A stretch of 64,000 bases of DNA from an uncultured Gemmatimonadales bacterium (lineage in GTDB: Bacteria > Gemmatimonadota > Gemmatimonadetes > Palauibacterales > Palauibacteraceae), in NCBI GenBank assembly GCA_963807645.1, contig CAWECO010000003.1, positions 38,005-102,004 of the forward strand, written 5' to 3'. The notes under the pieces were generated by a model that did not search any database, had not been told where the DNA came from, and was given only the letters and a program-made list of their open reading frames with translations. Made by a program: the position numbers and the translations under genes. Positions 59,627-64,000 of this stretch are shown here, piece by piece (position 1 is the first letter of the stretch; each line of letters opens with the position of its first letter).

Positions 59627-60130
59627 ATGACAGAGAACAACGACACCCCAGTGGTGATCGTGGAGCGGCGCAGTTCGAGCCTTGGCGCCTTCATCGGAGG
59701 GACCATTCTCGGCGCGGTGGTCGCTCTCCTGTACGCTCCCAGGACGGGAGAAGAGACGCAGGCGGAGATTCGCGATCGGGTGAAGCGGCTGCGCGACGAG
59801 GCCGAGGACCGTCTGCACCTGATGCGCGATGACGTCGAGGGGCGCTACCGCCGTGCGCGCGATGACGTCGAGGACAAGGTGCACCAGGTCCGCGGCGACC
59901 TCACGGACCGGGTGGATACGGCCCGCGAGGACCTGCGTCATCGGAAGACCCAGGCCGAGGAAGCCGTGAAGGTGGGCCGCACCACGGCGCGTAAGGCCCG
60001 TGAAGACCTCGAGAAGCGCGTCGCGGAGAGCAAGGAAGAATACAAGCAGCGAGTCGCCGAGCTCACGGAAGACGCCGAGGCGGGGCTTGCCGAGGCCGTC
60101 GACGTCGCCGAAGAGCCGGCGGCCGACTGA
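59627..60130 (+). CDS. YtxH-domain protein
   Basis: GAFIGGTILGAVVALLYAPRTGEETQAEIRDRVKRL, followed by a charged helical region. Confidence 0.75.
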   Translation: MTENNDTPVVIVERRSSSLGAFIGGTILGAVVALLYAPRTGEETQAEIRDRVKRLRDEAEDRLHLMRDDVEGRYRRARDDVEDKVHQVRGDLTDRVDTAREDLRHRKTQAEEAVKVGRTTARKAREDLEKRVAESKEEYKQRVAELTEDAEAGLAEAVDVAEEPAAD

Positions 60131-60176
60131 GGAGCGGTTGCGCGTTGCCGCTTTCCCGGTCAGGCGCTGACCGTCC

Positions 60177-61124
60177 GTGACGGCGCGCCCCCCCATTCCC
60201 GATAGCGCGCCGGGCCGAAGGTCCCAGTCCGGCGCGCGTGACGTGCCCGGTTTCGGGCGCGGACTGCGCGGGGCATGGGAGTACGTGCGTGAGGTGTACG
60301 ATCAGGCCGCGGCCGACAACATCTTCTTCCTTGCCGGCGGCCTGACGTTCAGCCTTCTCCTGGCCGCCATACCTTTCCTGATCCTGATCCTGTCGCTGGC
60401 CGGAATCGCACTCGCGCCGCGTATTGCGGCACCCGAGAACGCGGTGATGGAGTGGCTCGGGACCCTGATGCCCGTCAACCCGGCGACCGAAGCCCAGATC
60501 CGCGCACAGCTTTCGGACATCGTGGAGTCGTCGCGATCGGTGGGTATCATCAGTGGCATACTCTTCGTGTGGTTCTCCACCCGGCTGTTCGGTTCACTTC
60601 GCACGGTGCTCGAAGCGGTGTTCGATCTGCGGGAGGGACCGGGCATCATCAAGGGCAAGATCCTCAATGTGAAGATGGTGGTGATCGCCAGCGTCCTCCT
60701 GATCGCCAACATCGGGATCACGACGACTATGACTGCTGTGGGGCGACAGATCATCGAGCAGCTGGGCCTGCCTACCGCGCAAGCTCTGCAGGCCTTGGGG
60801 TACGGAACGGCGTATGGGGCCATCTTGCTGATGTTCCTGTTGATCTACAAGTTCGTGCCCACGACGCGATTGAGCTGGAGGATCGCCACCGTCGCTGCGC
60901 TGTTTTCGGCGGTCGGATTCGAGCTGCTGAAGTCCGCGTTGCGCTGGTACCTGTCGGAAGTCGCGGATTTCAGCCAGGTGTTCTTCGCGTTCGCGACCCT
61001 GATCGTGTTGGTCGTTTCGCTCTATTACGCGGCCGTCATCTTCGTACTGGGCGGTGAGGTCGCCAAGGTGTACGGTCAGCGCAGTGTCATGCGCCGCCAA
61101 CGGGTGATGTTCGATCAGGCTTGA
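60177..61124 (+). CDS. YihY/BrkB-family membrane protein
   Basis: DNIFFLAGGLTFSLLLAAIPFLILILSL, six TM helices and C-terminal YYAAVIFVLGGEV. Confidence 0.8.
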   Translation: MTARPPIPDSAPGRRSQSGARDVPGFGRGLRGAWEYVREVYDQAAADNIFFLAGGLTFSLLLAAIPFLILILSLAGIALAPRIAAPENAVMEWLGTLMPVNPATEAQIRAQLSDIVESSRSVGIISGILFVWFSTRLFGSLRTVLEAVFDLREGPGIIKGKILNVKMVVIASVLLIANIGITTTMTAVGRQIIEQLGLPTAQALQALGYGTAYGAILLMFLLIYKFVPTTRLSWRIATVAALFSAVGFELLKSALRWYLSEVADFSQVFFAFATLIVLVVSLYYAAVIFVLGGEVAKVYGQRSVMRRQRVMFDQA

Positions 61125-61212
61125 GGCCTCGCCGTCCGGCGGTAGCGCCTGCCCACCGCCTTCCCTAGATTTCCGCCGTCTCGTCCATGCGCCGTGCGGC
61201 TCGGGAGGTCAG

Positions 61213-61689
61213 GTGGCACGATCGGCCGGCGGCCGAAATATCGTCTTGCGGAACAGAAAGGCCCGACACGAGTTCGAGGTCCTCGAGGAACTCGAGGCGG
61301 GTCTCGTGCTGGAAGGGGCGGAGGTAAAGTCGCTTCGAGCGGGCAGGGCGAGCTTCAATGACGCGTATGCGGCCGTGGAGGGCGGGGAGCTTTGGCTCCA
61401 CAACCTCCACATCAGCCCTTACGAGTCGGCCAACATCGATCTTCCCGATCCTCTTCGTCGCAGGAAGCTCCTGGTGCACCGGCGTGAACTCCATCGATTG
61501 ACCGTCAAGACGGCCGAGCGGGGTTTCACCCTGGTGCCGCTGGACCTGCATTTCACTCGTGGAAAGGCCAAGGTGGCGTTGGGCCTGGCGCGGGGGAAGA
61601 AGCTGCACGACAAGCGAGAGAGCCTGAAACGCGATGTCATGCGGCGGGAGGTCGAGCGTGCAATTGATGGTCGTGGGGATCGGGAATGA
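61213..61689 (+). CDS. smpB: SsrA-binding protein SmpB
   Basis: NRKARHEFEVLEELEAGLVLEGAEVKSLR..LWLHNLHISPYE..RRRKLLVHRRELHRL..GFTLVPLDLHF. Confidence 0.9.
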   Translation: MARSAGGRNIVLRNRKARHEFEVLEELEAGLVLEGAEVKSLRAGRASFNDAYAAVEGGELWLHNLHISPYESANIDLPDPLRRRKLLVHRRELHRLTVKTAERGFTLVPLDLHFTRGKAKVALGLARGKKLHDKRESLKRDVMRREVERAIDGRGDRE

Positions 61690-61711
61690 GAGAACCCCTG
61701 TGAGTCGGAGG

Positions 61712-62887
61712 ATGAGTCTGGTCGGGTGGCTGCTGGTGCTGGCCGCGACGCCGGCCATCGGGCAGCCTTCGGTTTCTGAGATCAAGCTGGCCGGCAGCTC
61801 GTACACGCTCGAGGTGGGGCGTCACAACGGCTACCAGGCGGTCCCGTGGAGCCGGGTCCCTGAAACCGTGGTGTCCAGTTCGTTCCAGCGTGGCGGCGCG
61901 GCCACGGGGACCGTCGCCGGGGCGGCCCTGGAGCTCCGTTCGGGTTCTCCGTTCGGCCGACACGGTGATTCCGTCTTCCAGCTCAGCAACCCGCCGTACC
62001 AGCAGGGAGGCGAGGTCTGGGTTCCTCTGGAGCTGTTCTCCGATTGGATGCCGACCGTCCAGGCGCCCCCCGCCGTGCAGGCGTCTGCTGCGACGGCGGC
62101 GGCCCCGCCCGTGCCGGCGGCGAGCGTCGTGGAGGACGCCAGTCCGACACCGGGTTCTCGCCGCCCGGGTCCCTGGCGTGTCGTGATCGACGCTGGGCAT
62201 GGAGGAGTGGATCCGGGAACGATCAGTCCTCGGACGGGCGTCAGGGAAAAGGACATCACTCTCGCGGTCGCCCTGAAGCTGGCCAGGGAACTCGAGCGCA
62301 GGGGAGGAATCCAGCCTCTCCTGACGCGGGACCGCGACGTGTTTGTCGAAGTCATGGAGCGACCCAGTCTCGCCGTGGACTGGGAGGCAGACCTCTTCAT
62401 TTCGATACACGTGGACGCCCAGCCAGGCGGTCGCAGCTCGGCGCGTGGGTTCACGACCTATCACCTGGGCCAGGCGCGTACCGATGATGCACTGGCGGTC
62501 GCCCGTCGGGAGAACGCGGTCATCGAGCTGGAAGAAGGCGCGGCGCCCCCGAATCTGCAACAACTCGAGATCATTCTGGCCACGGTGGACCGCGACGCGT
62601 ACCGCAGGGAGTCACGACTCCTCGCCGGCCACATTCAGAACGGCCTGCGCGGTGCGGTCGACAGTCAGGACCGCGGGGCCAGACAGGGGCCGTATTACGT
62701 TCTGATGACTCCCGGCCTCCTTCCTGCTGTTCTCGTTGAGCTGGGCTACATCACCAACCGGACGGACGAATCGCAGCTCACCGACCAATCTCGGCAGAAC
62801 AGGATAGCGCGAGCGCTGGCCGACACGATCGAGCGGTTCCTCGACGATACCGGGAGGCGGATCGCGGCTACGGAGGGGCGCGGTTGA
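61712..62887 (+). CDS. N-acetylmuramoyl-L-alanine amidase (Amidase_3, AmiC-like with N-terminal targeting domain)
   Basis: Signal MSLVGWLLVLAATPAIGQ. VVIDAGHGGVDPGTIS, EKDITLAVALKL, DLFISIHVDA and PAVLVELGYITN. The ORF is open from 61634. Confidence 0.85.
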   Translation: MSLVGWLLVLAATPAIGQPSVSEIKLAGSSYTLEVGRHNGYQAVPWSRVPETVVSSSFQRGGAATGTVAGAALELRSGSPFGRHGDSVFQLSNPPYQQGGEVWVPLELFSDWMPTVQAPPAVQASAATAAAPPVPAASVVEDASPTPGSRRPGPWRVVIDAGHGGVDPGTISPRTGVREKDITLAVALKLARELERRGGIQPLLTRDRDVFVEVMERPSLAVDWEADLFISIHVDAQPGGRSSARGFTTYHLGQARTDDALAVARRENAVIELEEGAAPPNLQQLEIILATVDRDAYRRESRLLAGHIQNGLRGAVDSQDRGARQGPYYVLMTPGLLPAVLVELGYITNRTDESQLTDQSRQNRIARALADTIERFLDDTGRRIAATEGRG

Positions 62888-64000
62888 GGTCGACCCGTCT
62901 GCTCGCGCTTTCGCTGCTCGGCGGCTGTGTGTACTTCAACGCGATGTATGATGCCAACCGCGAGTTCGATGCGGCCCTCGAGTCGTTGCAGGAGCAGTCC
63001 GCAATTGCCGCTCGGGTGCAGTTCGACAGCGTAATTGCCAAGACCGGGCGCGTCATCGAGGACCATCCCGGGAGCAAGTATGCGGACGACGCGGCGATCC
63101 TCAAGACCCGCGCAGAACTCTATACCGAGGTGTGGGAGTCGGCGATCGAGACATCCCTCACGGCCGAGAAGCTTGCCGGGAGTCCGAAGAGCCGGGCCAT
63201 TGCCCTGGGCCTGCGCGGAGTCGCCCTGCGCGAACTTGGCTCGAACGGCGAGGCGGACTCTCTCCTGAGCCTCGCGCTCGAGGCGAACGTGGCTGCTGAC
63301 GACCGAGCGCTGTTCCTGTTCCAGAGAGGCCTGGCGCGACAGCAACTTGGCCTGCCGGACCTGGCGACCACGGACCTCGAGGCAGCCGCCAGTTCGGTGG
63401 AACTGTCGCCGGAGGGAAGCCTCTCGTTGTCGATCGCCCTGCGGGAGATTGGTGAATATGGCCGTTCGGCGGAAGTGGCATCGCGGCTCCTGGCGACCGC
63501 CAATCCGAATCCTATTTCTCCGCTGTACCTGCACGTCGATTCCCTTGGTGTGCTGGCTCCATCCGTCGTGGATTCGATGGCGGCCCGTTTGCGGACGGCA
63601 CCAGCCATTCCCGCAACACGCATGGCGGCCTTCCAGTTGATCTCCGGCCGCGCCCGGCTGGGCCAGGGTCGCGAGCAGGACGCGTTGAGCTCCTTCGATG
63701 CGGCCGTGGAGGAGGCGTCCAGCAGCCAGGCCGCTGCTGATGCCGCGTACTACGCGATCGATCTGCGCCTGCGCGACGCGACCCGGCCGGAAAACGTCAC
63801 GGCTCTGCTCGGAAGTTATCCGATCGCGCGTCGAGCCGGCCGTCGAGAGATGCGGGAACGTGTCGGTCAATGGGAGACCGCGTCGGCCGAATTCGAGGGT
63901 CTGATCGCCGCATATGAAGGCCGAGGGGCCTCCGCGGCGGAGGCGGTTCTCCGGGCGGCCGAAGTGGCGCGAATCGACCTCGAGTCCCTGGCCCTGGCGA
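62884..64000 (+). CDS. lipoprotein with helical/TPR-like repeats (partial, runs off the window)
   Basis: This frame is open from TTG 62884 (TTGA overlap with the amidase stop) to the window end, so it is absent from the ORF track. Lipobox LLALSLLGGC, and Ala/Leu-rich repeats (..GEADSLLSLALEAN.., ..QDALSSFDAAVEEA..). Confidence 0.5.
   Translation, partial: MRSTRLLALSLLGGCVYFNAMYDANREFDAALESLQEQSAIAARVQFDSVIAKTGRVIEDHPGSKYADDAAILKTRAELYTEVWESAIETSLTAEKLAGSPKSRAIALGLRGVALRELGSNGEADSLLSLALEANVAADDRALFLFQRGLARQQLGLPDLATTDLEAAASSVELSPEGSLSLSIALREIGEYGRSAEVASRLLATANPNPISPLYLHVDSLGVLAPSVVDSMAARLRTAPAIPATRMAAFQLISGRARLGQGREQDALSSFDAAVEEASSSQAAADAAYYAIDLRLRDATRPENVTALLGSYPIARRAGRREMRERVGQWETASAEFEGLIAAYEGRGASAAEAVLRAAEVARIDLESLALA

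Noticed and set aside
61125-61212. tmRNA (ssrA) next to smpB
   Set aside because: The 88-nt gap upstream of smpB, and the region downstream (occupied by the amidase gene), lack the GGGGCTGA..tRNA-like ends. ssrA must be elsewhere.
62746-63870. 374-aa minus-strand ORF at the right end
   Set aside because: No motifs, and Arg/Gly-rich. The plus-strand frame is open to the window edge, starts with a lipobox signal coupled to the amidase stop, and reads like helical repeats. It is missing from the ORF track only because it has no stop in the window.

Overview
High-GC (about 65-70% by eye) bacterial chromosome segment. The lipoprotein-rich, Gram-negative-type envelope genes suggest Gemmatimonadota or a similar phylum, but that is inference only. 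No rRNA, tRNA, tmRNA or CRISPR array was recognised.

The left half (about 0.2-33.9 kb) is a large Wzy-dependent exopolysaccharide (EPS) locus. It holds:
- an SGNH-type esterase or acyltransferase;
- seven GT4 and two GT2 glycosyltransferases;
- a short Wza/GumB-like exporter and a Wzy/O-antigen-ligase-like polymerase;
- a Wzz/GumC co-polymerase followed by a BY-kinase;
- two AsnB-family amidotransferases and a decayed TupA-like ATP-grasp gene;
- a priming sugar-phosphate transferase;
- a secreted pectate-lyase-like enzyme;
- a repeat-rich TolB-like lipoprotein;
- a sulfotransferase.

A second sulfotransferase (Stf0-like), paired with a nucleotide-sugar 6-dehydrogenase, sits about 6 kb further right.

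The locus is scarred by mobile DNA. Two juxtaposed IS3-family orfA remnants lie at 16.3-16.9 kb. A roughly full-length but heavily decayed IS3 element lies at 19.9-21.1 kb. Immediately beside it is a glycosyltransferase gene of strikingly low GC (about 35-40%).

The right half is housekeeping and envelope genes: guaB, two lytic transglycosylases, moaC, holB, envC-ftsX-ftsE, pdxA, two SurA/PpiD-like chaperones, mfd, a BatA/DUF58 pair, an M28 peptidase, ytxH, yihY, smpB and an amidase.

A major caveat and finding: at least 17 conserved genes' worth of reading frames are broken by single-base frame shifts, 14 of them between 35.7 and 49.3 kb. They include three each in guaB and the sugar dehydrogenase. 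This is more likely indel error than biology, but it needs checking.

The most interesting biology is the predicted sulfated, uronic-acid or uronamide-type EPS pathway and its IS-associated, compositionally foreign glycosyltransferase cassette.
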